The translations under genes were made by a program, and so were the position numbers. Below, in pieces: positions 55,870-64,000 of a stretch of DNA of 64,000 nt. Under the pieces are notes generated by a model. It was not told the origin of the DNA and did no database searches. It saw only the letters and a list, made by a program, of their open reading frames with translations. How positions within the stretch are numbered: the stretch's first letter is position 1; each line of letters begins with the position of its first letter. Location of the stretch: the NCBI GenBank assembly GCA_963726245.1, contig CAVSBT010000019.1, positions 43,709-107,708 of the forward strand, in the 5' to 3' direction. Source of the stretch: an uncultured Chloroflexia bacterium. GTDB lineage: Bacteria > Chloroflexota > Dehalococcoidia > DSTF01 > JALHUB01.

Positions 55870-55989
55870 TCAGCTCTTGAGTTGCATAGGCTGGCCGCAG
55901 CAAACCAGCTCGCCGCTGCCCGCCCTGGTGACAATCATCTCGGTGCCGCACTTGGCACAGAAGTAGCGCTTTCCGACCTGGTTCGCCAA
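55870..55989 (-). CDS. desulforedoxin-like mini-protein (paralogue)
   Basis: (L)ANQVGKRYFCAKCGTEMIVTRAGSGELVCCGQPMQLKS. TTG start at 55989 preceded by GGAGGTGG, at the same spacing as its neighbour. Confidence 0.6.
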   Translation of the reverse strand: MANQVGKRYFCAKCGTEMIVTRAGSGELVCCGQPMQLKS

Positions 55990-56097
55990 GGCGCTGCCAC
56001 CTCCACGAGTCGAGAAGACAAGCTCCCCATCCGGCTTCGGGAAGCCGCTCACAGTCTAGCCAGCGGACTCAAGGCAGTCAAGCGCTGGAGTTCTGGC

Positions 56098-57173
56098 CTA
56101 CGTCTGGACCCCTGCGATGATGCCGCCCCCCAAGACCTCTTCGCCGCGGTAGAAGACGACAGCCTGCCCCGGCGTGATCGCCCGCTGTGGCCGCCGGAAG
56201 ACCACGCGCGTGCCGCCGCCCTCCGGGTACACCTCGGCCGGGGCGGCCGGCGTTCGATAGCGGATCTTGGCGTCGACAGCGCTGCCGGCCGGGGGCGGCT
56301 CGCCGGCCACCCAGCGCACGTCCTCGGCCCAGAGTTCGTCCGCCATCAGCTCTTCCTCGGAGCCGACGGTCACCAGGTTGTGGGCGGGGTCGATGGCGGT
56401 GACGAAGCGCTTCTCCCCCAGGGCCACGCCCAGGCCGCGGCGCTGCCCCACCGTGAACGCGGCCACGCCCTGGTGCCGCCCGATGATGCGTCCGCCGGCG
56501 TCGCGGATGTCGCCCGCAGACTGGGCCAGGCGCTCGCTGATGAACGAGCGGTAGTCGTTGTCAGGTATGAAGCAGATGTCGGTACTATCGGGCTTGCCGG
56601 CCACCGGCAGCCCCATCTCGCGGCCAGACCGCGCACCTGCTCCTTGCGGTAATCTCCGATGGGGAGGAGAAGACGGGAGAGCTGGGTCTGGTCCAGCGTG
56701 AAGAGCACGTAGGACTGATCCTTCTCGCCGTCCACGGCACGGAGGAGGCGGTAGCGGCGGTTGGAGCGCTCGATGCGCGCGTAGTGGCCGGTGGCCAGGA
56801 AGTCGGCCTCCAGGGCCACGGCGCGGGAGAGCAGCGAGGAGAACTTGACGTGCTCGTTGCAGGCGAGGCAAGGGTTGGGCGTACGGCCCCGCTGGTACTC
56901 CCGCAGGAAGTAGTCCACCACTGACTTCTGGAACTCGCGCTCCAGGTTGAGGACATAGTGCGGTATGCCCAGGGCCTGAGCGGCCTGCCGGGCGTCGTCG
57001 ATGTCTTCAACTGAGCAGCAGCGGCGGCGATGGCGGGGCGCTTGCGGGTCGTCCAGGGTCCAGAGGCGCATGGTGACGCCGATGACTTCGTAGCCCCGGC
57101 GGGCCAGGAGGCCGGCCGCGACAGCGGAATCGACGCCGCCGCTCATGGCGACGACGACGCGGGGTAGCTTCAT
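56098..57173 (-). CDS. mnmA: tRNA 2-thiouridine(34) synthase, frame broken near 56619-56624 (apparent 1-nt deletion)
   Basis: VVAMSGGVDSAVAA PP-loop, NPCLACN and ATGHYAR come from ORF 56370..57173. ...LAREMGLPVAGKPDSTDICF... comes from the frame of ORF 56098..56871. Confidence 0.9.
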
Positions 57174-57463
57174 GACAATTCATGGTATAACATCGAGGTT
57201 TGCAGGGGAATCGGTTTAACGAGGCCAGGGCATCAGGCTAGCATGTCGCTATCTGGCCTCACACGTTCGATTGGTGCCAACCACCACAACCCTGAGAACC
57301 AGGCCATCTTCGAGAACGTAAGAGATATGGGGGAGTCGGCGACTTTCGCGCCAGGGCATTCGTGTATCGTGGACACGTGGGAGACGCCGTCCGTCGGTCG
57401 CGATCGCATGCATAGGGGTCTCGCATACGTATACTGGGCGCCGGCAACGAAGTTGGGATCGAC

Positions 57464-60400
57464 ATGGATGAATTGAGGCAGTCCGGGATCGAGGTCGAAC
57501 TACTGTACGACACGGCGTTGTTCGCGAACCTGAACGACGCCATCATAGCCACCGACACGAACTGGGTGCTCACGGCCTGGAACCGCGCTGCGGAGGAGAT
57601 GTTCGGCTGGAAGGCCGAGGAGGTGCTGGGGAGGCCCTCGCAGGAGGTACTCCCCACCATCGAGCTCGCTGGGCGGCCCCCGCCGAGAGACGATGCGCGC
57701 CGCGCTCTGGCCGAGGCAGGTCGGTTCCGTGGTGAGTTAGCCTATCTGCGTAGGGACGGACGGCCGGTCGACGTCGAGACCAACGCCATCACCCTCCGAG
57801 ACCACGAAGGCGCGGTCACCGGCTACGCCACGGTCATGCGTGACATCACCGAGCGCAAGCGGTGGGAGGAAGAGATTCAAGAGCCTCGCCAGGTTCCCCT
57901 CCGAGAACCCCAACCCGGTGTTGCGAGTGAGCGAGGATGGCAGGCTCCTCTATGCCAACGAGGCGAGCAACCCCTTGCTGCCTGAGTCAGGCGCCGCGAT
58001 CGGCGGGCCTGCCCCTGCATTCCTCCAGGCCCTGGCCAGGGAAGCACTCAACAAGCAGTCAGCCACGACTACCGATGTCGAGGCGTCCGGCCGCACGTGG
58101 TCTCTCTCGGTCTCACCCGTTGTTGAATCTGGCGACGTCAACATTTATGGGCGTGACGTCACCGAGCGCAGCCGGGCCGAAGAGATGGTCCGCAAGAGTG
58201 AAGAAGAGCTTAGCAGACTAAACAGAACGCTGAAGGCGTTAAGCGATTCTAATCAGGCGATGATGCGCGCACGCAATGAGGCGGATTATCTGGACGAGGT
58301 CTGCAAGATCATTGTCGAGGACTGCGGTCATTCTATGGCGTGGATAGGATTCGCCGAAGAGGATGAAGCAAAGACCGTACGTCCGGTGGCGCAGGCAGGG
58401 TTTGAAGAAGGGTACCTTGAAACTGCGGATATCACATGGGCGGACACCGAACGCGGCCGGGGGCCAACAGGCACGGCTATACGCACCGGAGAACCCGCTA
58501 TTTGCAGGAACATGCTGACTGATCCCAGTTTTGCACCCTGGCGCAAAGAAGCTGTGAAGAGAGGATATGCCTCATCGATAGTTCTCCCGTTGACCATAGA
58601 GGGTAAGGCATTCGGCGCGATAAACATATATTCAAGAGACCCTGATCCTTTCTCCGAGAAGGAAGTGCGGTTGCTTTCCGAATTGGCCGATGACCTTGCT
58701 TATGGAATAGCGGCCATACGATTACGTGAGGAGCACGCAGAGGCCGAGGAGGCGCTGCGCGACGCCAAGCAGTCGTGGGAGCGAACCTTCGATGCCGTAC
58801 CAGACCTGATTGCAATCATAGACGAGCACCATCGCATCGTGCGAGCCAACCGCGCCATGGCCCAGCGGCTGGGGGTGACCCCCGACGAGTGCGTCGGCAA
58901 GGTGTGCCATGACGCGGTGCACGGACTGGGCTGCCCGCCGGGGTTTTGCCCGCACGTGCGCACCCTGGCTGACGGCCGGGAACACGTTGCCGAAGTGCAC
59001 GAGCCGCGCCTCGGCGGGGACTTCCTGGTCACGACCACGCCGCTTGCGGACGAGCAGGGGCGGCTCATCGGTTCGGTGCACGTCGCCCGGGACATCACGG
59101 AGCGCAAGCAGGCCGAGGAGGCGCTGCGGGAGACGCGGGACTACCTGGAGAAGCTGGTCGACTACGCCAATGCGCCGATCATCGTCTGGGACCCAAGCTT
59201 CACCATCACGCGCTTCAACCACGCGTTCGAACGGCTGACAGGGCGTCCGGCGGGCGAGGTGGTTGGCCAGCGGCTGGAGGTGCTCTTCCCCGAGGCCGAG
59301 CGCGCCGCTTCGATGGAGCAGATCGAGCGGACGCTGCGGGGCGAGTTCTGGGAGCTGATCGAGATTCCCATCCTGCACCAGAGCGGCGAGGTGCGGCGGG
59401 TGCTGTGGAACTCGGCCAACATCACCGCAGCCTGACGGCCGGACGGTCGTCGCCACCATCGCCCAAGGCACGGACATCACCGAGCGCAAGCAGGCGGAGC
59501 GGGAGATTGAACTGGAGCGCCAGCGACTCCAAACGCTGGTAGACGCGTCTCCCGTCGGCATCGTCCTCGCTGACGCCGCCGGACGTCTGCTGCTGGTGAA
59601 CCGCGAGGCGCAACGCATATTTGGCTATTCCCATGTCGAGGGCGACTCCGGATGGCACGATCGGGCGGTTCGTCGCCGCCCGGACGGTAGCGTCTATAGT
59701 CGCGACGAGCTGCCGCTCGAGCGGGCCCTCCGTCAAGGCGAGACGGTGCAGGCTGAAGAAGTCTGGTTCCACTTCCCCGACGGTCGGACCGTTCCGACGC
59801 TGACAAATGCCACACCGTTGTACGGCGCCAGCGGGGAGATAACGGGTGCCATTGCCATCATCCAGGACATCACTCCGCTGGAGGAGATAGAGAAGCTACG
59901 CAGCGAGTTCCTGGGCATGGTGACCCACGAGCTGAAGACGCCACTGACCGCCATCAAGGGCTCGGCGGCCACGGCGCTCGGAAGCTCCAGGCCGCTGGAC
60001 GCCGCTCAGGTGCGGGAGCTGTTCCAGATCATCGATGGGCAGGCGGACCGGTTGCGCGAGTTGGTGGACGACCTCCTGGACATGACCCGGGTCGAGGCGG
60101 GCTCCCTTTCCATCAACCCTGAACCCCTGGATCTGCGGGCAGTCGTCGAAGAAGTTCTGCCAACCTTTGCCAGGAGCGCCGGCCTGCGAGAGGTCCGGCT
60201 GGAGTTGCCGGACGATCTGCTGCCGGTCAAGGCGGACCGGGGCCGGATCGGGCAGGTGATGGCGAACCTTCTCACAAATGCTGCCAAGTTCTCACCGGCC
60301 GAGACGCCGATCACCATTTCGGCGGAGCAGGACCCCCTCAACGTCACGGTCCACGTCCGAGATGAGGGCCGCGGGATCGCCAGGGAGAAGCTGCCCCTGC

Positions 60401-61341
60401 TGTTCAAGAAGTTCGCGCGTTTGCACGAAGACAGCGGGCACGGATTATCGAGCACCGGCCTGGGCCTTGCCATCTGTAAGGGGCTCATCGAGGCGCATGG
60501 CGGGCGCATCTGGGCAGATAGCGCCGGAGAGGGCCATGGGACCACCTTCAGCTTCACGCTGCCGGTCGCCGCCCGGGACGTAAGCGTCGCGCCTGCCAGC
60601 GTCGAGCGGGGACCCGTCCAAACGCAGAGGGTCACCCGGCCCAGTGAGCGGACGCGCGTCCTCGCCGTAGACGATGAGCCGCATATCCTGCGCTATCTCC
60701 AGCGTTCCCTCAGTGAGGCAGGGTACCAGGCGATAGTGACCGGCGATCCTTCGGATGTCGTGGGACTCGTGGAGCTGGAGGAGCCGGACCTGGTCGTGCT
60801 AGACCTCAGGCTTCCGGGCACGAGCGGGTTCGAGCTGCTCCAGCGCATCCGGGAGCTTTCGCAGGTGCCGGTCATCTTCCTCACCGCCAGTGGCCGCGAG
60901 GAGGATGCGGTGCAGGCCCTCAAGTCGGGCGCGGATGACTACATCACCAAGCCTTTCTCGCCCTCTGAGCTGCTCGCCCGAATCGAGGCCGTTCTCAGGC
61001 GCAGGGCAGCGGCCGGCGAGACCGAGGCGCGGCACCCCCTGGCGTTCGGCGACCTGACCATCAACTTCGCAGAGCGTGAGGTGACGCTGGCGGGCCAGCC
61101 GGTCTCCCTCTCCGCTACCGAGTACAAGCTGCTCTACGAGCTGGCAACCCACGCGGGGAGGGTGCTCACCTACGACCAGATCCTCCAGCGCGTGTGGGGG
61201 CCCGAGTACTCGGGTGAGACCGAGCTGGTGCGCTCCTTCATCCGCAACCTTCGTCGCAAGCTGGGCGAAGACGCCCGCAATCCCCGGTTCGTATTGACGG
61301 AGCGCCAGGTCGGCTACAGGATGCCCAAGCCCCAGGGTTAG
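57464..61341 (+). CDS. fused two-component protein: PAS - PAS-like - GAF - PAS(Cys-rich) - PAS - PAS - HisKA - HATPase_c - REC - OmpR-type winged helix; frame breaks at ~57878 and ~59430
   Basis: Three colinear ORFs (57464.., 57840..59435, 59596..61341). The last ORF alone contains the H-box MVTHELKTPLTAI, N/G boxes (ANLLTNAAKF, GLGLAICKG), REC (VLAVDDEP...VVLDLRLPGTSG...KPF) and Trans_reg_C (LSATEYKLLYELA...RNLRRKL...GYRM) with no stop. Confidence 0.8.
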
Positions 61342-61595
61342 GCCGACTCCCTCTCTCCAACCTTCACGCCGTTTTCATGAACCAGGCCCACGTCTTCATA
61401 CTCGCTACACAGGCCGGGGCGAAAATGCTTCTTGGCCTCGCGGTGAGGGCGACGCTCTGATGTCGGCTCACACCAGGCCGGTGAAAGCGCGGTGGTTCGC
61501 GAGAGGACAGGCGGCTTCTCCTCGCGGACAAGAGTTCGCCGGCAAGCAGGGCCAGGGGGGATGTTATTAGCGGGCCCCGACCTGCGGAGGGAGGG

Positions 61596-62081
61596 TTGGA
61601 CCCACGGCTTGCGGAAGCCACGGGTCGAGACATGATGGCGACAGCAGCTCTCCGGGAGGTCCGGGTGGAGATCAGGCCCGACAAAGGCCGGCGGCGGGTT
61701 CTGGTGGTAGAGGATGACGACGGCGTGGCGGGTATGCTCGCCATATGCCTGGCGGCAGGCGGGTTCCAGGCCTCCAGAGTCGCCTTCGGCGGCGAGGCGC
61801 TCGCCATCCTGGAGCGCGAGCCGATCGATGCCGTCGTCCTCGACCTCTCCCTCCCGGATGGTCTTGGGAAAGCGGTACTGGACCGGCTGCGTGAGCCCGG
61901 CAGTTGCTCCCCGGCCTACCTGGTCATCTCCGCCCTCGAGCGTGGAGAGGTGATGAGTAAGTTCGGGCCCCCGCGGGAGAGATTCGTGCCCAAGCCCTTT
62001 GACCCTTGGGTTCTCATCGGGAAGCTGGAGGAGCTGTTGAAAGGGTCGGAACAATTGCCGACAGAAGGAGAGTCAGGATGA
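61596..62081 (+). CDS. stand-alone response-regulator receiver
   Basis: VLVVEDDDGVAGML...AVVLDLSLPDGLG...VPKPF. TTG start uncertain (alternative ATG at 61632). Confidence 0.7.
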   Translation: MDPRLAEATGRDMMATAALREVRVEIRPDKGRRRVLVVEDDDGVAGMLAICLAAGGFQASRVAFGGEALAILEREPIDAVVLDLSLPDGLGKAVLDRLREPGSCSPAYLVISALERGEVMSKFGPPRERFVPKPFDPWVLIGKLEELLKGSEQLPTEGESG

Positions 62082-62224
62082 CCCTGGCAGTTCGAGAGCC
62101 GGTCAGCGCAGTCAGTGACGACGACCTCCTTCACTTCGCCATCAAGTGGGTCAAAGAGAACCGAGAGGATGGGTCCGGACTTCGTGTCGGAGGTGGCGGT
62201 GGTCCTCGAAATACTAAGGTCTGA
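62078..62224 (+). CDS. small hypothetical protein (ATGA-coupled to the preceding gene)
   Basis: ATG 62078 overlaps the TGA of the receiver gene. 48 aa, no family. Confidence 0.3.
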   Translation: MTLAVREPVSAVSDDDLLHFAIKWVKENREDGSGLRVGGGGGPRNTKV

Positions 62225-62314
62225 GATGCGAGAGCCGCCCTCCCTGGTCGAGAGCTACGGATAGCTCGTGCGCATGTTTACAGCGATGGACGCCATGCCC
62301 ATAGGAGAACGGCG

Positions 62315-62554
62315 ATGCTCACGTGGAGCCGCACCCGCGAAAGGAGAATGATGATGGTCTGGCCAAAGGCGTGCCCCCATTGCCACGGAGATCTCATTCG
62401 CGACCTGGACCTGGACGGACCCTACGTGGGCTGTATCCAGTGCGGCCGCGCCCTGAACGAATCGCAGGAGCGCACGCTGCTGGGACTGTCCACCACCCGC
62501 TCCAACGGGAAGATTACGACCTCCTGGTCACGAGCGGGAAACCGAGCCGCGTAG
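62315..62554 (+). CDS. zinc-ribbon hypothetical protein
   Basis: CPHC...(17)...CIQC pattern. Start uncertain (MMMVW at ~62348). Confidence 0.4.
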   Translation: MLTWSRTRERRMMMVWPKACPHCHGDLIRDLDLDGPYVGCIQCGRALNESQERTLLGLSTTRSNGKITTSWSRAGNRAA

Positions 62555-62602
62555 TCTGTGGAGTACCGTAGCCCGCAAACGCTTGCAGTCGGCCGTGCTA
62601 TA

Positions 62603-62977
62603 ATGCTCCCAACTACAGCCGGGAGGGAGCTTCTGGGCGGAGCCGACCTCGCGCGACACATGGTTGACCTGCTGGCCGAGAAGCAGGCGGAGGACGTCCT
62701 GCTTCTCGACATAAGCAAGGTCACGACCTTCGCCGACTACTTCGTCATCGCCTCGGTACCGAACGTTCGCCAGATGCAGGCCCTGCGGGACGCCCTGGAC
62801 GAGGCCCTGGACCGCGACGGCCACGGCCCCGTCCGCAGCGAGGGCGACATCGACTCCGGCTGGGTGCTGGTCGACGCGGGCGACGTCATCATCCACCTCT
62901 TCTCGCCGGAGCAGCGCGCCTACTATGACATCGAGCGGCTGTGGAGCAGCGGCACGCCGGTGGTGCGCATCCAGTAG
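62603..62977 (+). CDS. rsfS: ribosomal silencing factor RsfS (Iojap)
   Basis: AEDVLLLDISKVTTFADYFVIASVPNVRQMQAL...GWVLVDAGDVIIHLFSPEQRAYYDIERLW. Start uncertain: ATG 62603 overlaps an extended -10-like TGcTATAAT (62596-62604); alternative ATG at 62660. Confidence 0.8.
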   Translation: MLPTTAGRELLGGADLARHMVDLLAEKQAEDVLLLDISKVTTFADYFVIASVPNVRQMQALRDALDEALDRDGHGPVRSEGDIDSGWVLVDAGDVIIHLFSPEQRAYYDIERLWSSGTPVVRIQ

Positions 62978-62996
62978 CCCTTCCTCTACCCCTCGC

Positions 62997-63446
62997 CTAT
63001 TCCACCAGCCAGCGGTCAATGGCTCGCTCGTAGCTAAGGATATCGGCTTCTCCGAAGAAGATGGGGATCTCCTTGGCTGCGCTCTCCGGCGAGTCTGAGC
63101 CGTGTACCATGTTGCGGCTGATCTCCAGTCCCAGGTCGCCGCGGATGCTGCCGGGCGCGGCCGCCGAGGGCGCCGTCTCGCCCATCGTGCGACGGACGGC
63201 CTCGATGGCGTGGGGCCCCTCGAGGACGGCGGCTATGATTGGGCAGGAGGTGATGTAGGAGACCAGCCCTTTGAAGAACGGCTTCCCTTCGTGCACCGAG
63301 TAGAGCCGGCGGGCCTGGGCCTCGTCCACCTGGAGCAGGCGCAGGGCGGCGATGCGCAGCCCGCGGCCTTCCAGGCGCCTCAGCACCTCCATGGCCAGGC
63401 CTCTCTGAATGGCATCCGGTTTGACCAGGACCAGGGTTCTCTCCAT
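62997..63446 (-). CDS. ndk: nucleoside diphosphate kinase
   Basis: ERTLVLVKPDA...GPHAIEAVRRTMG...NMVHGSDS with the active-site His; 149 aa. Confidence 0.9.
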   Translation of the reverse strand: MERTLVLVKPDAIQRGLAMEVLRRLEGRGLRIAALRLLQVDEAQARRLYSVHEGKPFFKGLVSYITSCPIIAAVLEGPHAIEAVRRTMGETAPSAAAPGSIRGDLGLEISRNMVHGSDSPESAAKEIPIFFGEADILSYERAIDRWLVE

Positions 63447-63467
63447 TTAGCTCTTCTCCTCTTGTGC

Positions 63468-64000
63468 TCAGTCGCCGCTCTTCTGGGGCCCGATGGCGGG
63501 CTCTCGTAGGTAGAGGGGAACCAGGCTGCGCGGGTCGTCGCTGAGGCCGGCGGCCAGGCGGCGCCAGCCCAGGCTGGCCAGGTGGCTCGGTCGACGCAGG
63601 GCGGCCGCCATCCTTGCCGGCTCGACGCCTCGCTGGGCGAGCTCCGGCGCCAGCCGTTCGATGTCCTCGCCGCAGAAGAGGGCGTCCGCAGGCGCCAGCC
63701 GCGGCAGGTCGTCGATGGGGCTGAGTCGCGGCGGCGACAGCTCCTGCCACTCGGAGGCAGGGCCCGCTGTAGAGCGCCCAGGCGACCTCCCGCCGCCCGG
63801 CCAGGTGCAGCGGGCAGATGGGGCCGGAATGCGGGTGCGAGCTGTGGGCGTAGGCCTCCACCTCCAGCCGTCCGACGCCTACCAGCGGGATGTCCAGCGC
63901 GAACGCGAGGCCCTTGGCGGTGCTGACGCCCACCCTCAGGCTGGCGTAGCCGCCGGGGCCGGTGCAGACGAAGACGGCCGTCAGTTGCTCTTTCGAAACC
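63468..64000 (-). CDS. tsaB: tRNA t6A biosynthesis protein TsaB (partial, runs off the window; frame broken near 63760-63775)
   Basis: ...FVCTGPGGYASLRVGVSTAKGLAFALDIPLVGV... at the window edge. The C-terminal part is in another frame and ends ...LYLREPAIGPQKSGD. Confidence 0.75.

Noticed and set aside
34308-56871. The idea that the split genes are selenoproteins or other recoding events, given the nearby tRNA-Sec.
   Set aside because: In every case the two homologous halves are in different reading frames. They are not separated by an in-frame TGA, and the affected positions are not catalytic Cys/Sec sites.
57243-57476. 77-aa plus-strand ORF upstream of the fused kinase.
   Set aside because: It has no motifs, lies in a lower-GC intergenic stretch, and overlaps the kinase start in another frame. 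It could be yet another frame-shifted N-terminal extension, but there is no homology I can point to.

Overview
High-GC (about 65-70% by eye) bacterial chromosomal segment. GTG/TTG starts are frequent and GTAG-type REP hairpins are abundant. Gene content (ThyX, tungsten-type AOR, desulforedoxins, many family III CoA-transferases, DevS-like kinase) suggests a Chloroflexota-like anaerobe or microaerophile; this taxonomy is a low-confidence inference. I can support about 55 protein genes, one tRNA (tRNA-Sec, selC), no rRNA and no CRISPR array. Housekeeping genes include nfo, thyX, fabF, plsX, nadE, trxA, trxB, glyA, lgt, mnmA, rsfS, ndk and tsaB. Acyl-CoA and organic-acid metabolism is represented by four family III CoA-transferases, a class I CoA-transferase A/B pair, a ThDP-dependent lyase/decarboxylase, AOR and an M20 amidohydrolase. 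Signalling genes are unusually elaborate. One 1801-aa protein carries 10 PAS domains plus GGDEF, GAF and HD-GYP. A DevS/DevR-like pair is present. One roughly 1290-aa reading frame fuses a multi-PAS/GAF histidine kinase to a complete OmpR-type response regulator. Other notable items: (1) about 16 single-base frame breaks in conserved genes, most likely consensus indel errors; (2) a compositionally foreign B12-radical-SAM gene; (3) tandem desulforedoxin mini-genes; (4) a GxxExxY nuclease-like gene bracketed by repeats; (5) decayed IS fragments around nadE and selC; (6) several REP/REPIN families that overlap gene 3' ends. No complete, obviously novel defence or mobile system is visible. The single-polypeptide two-component system and the selC locus are the best leads.
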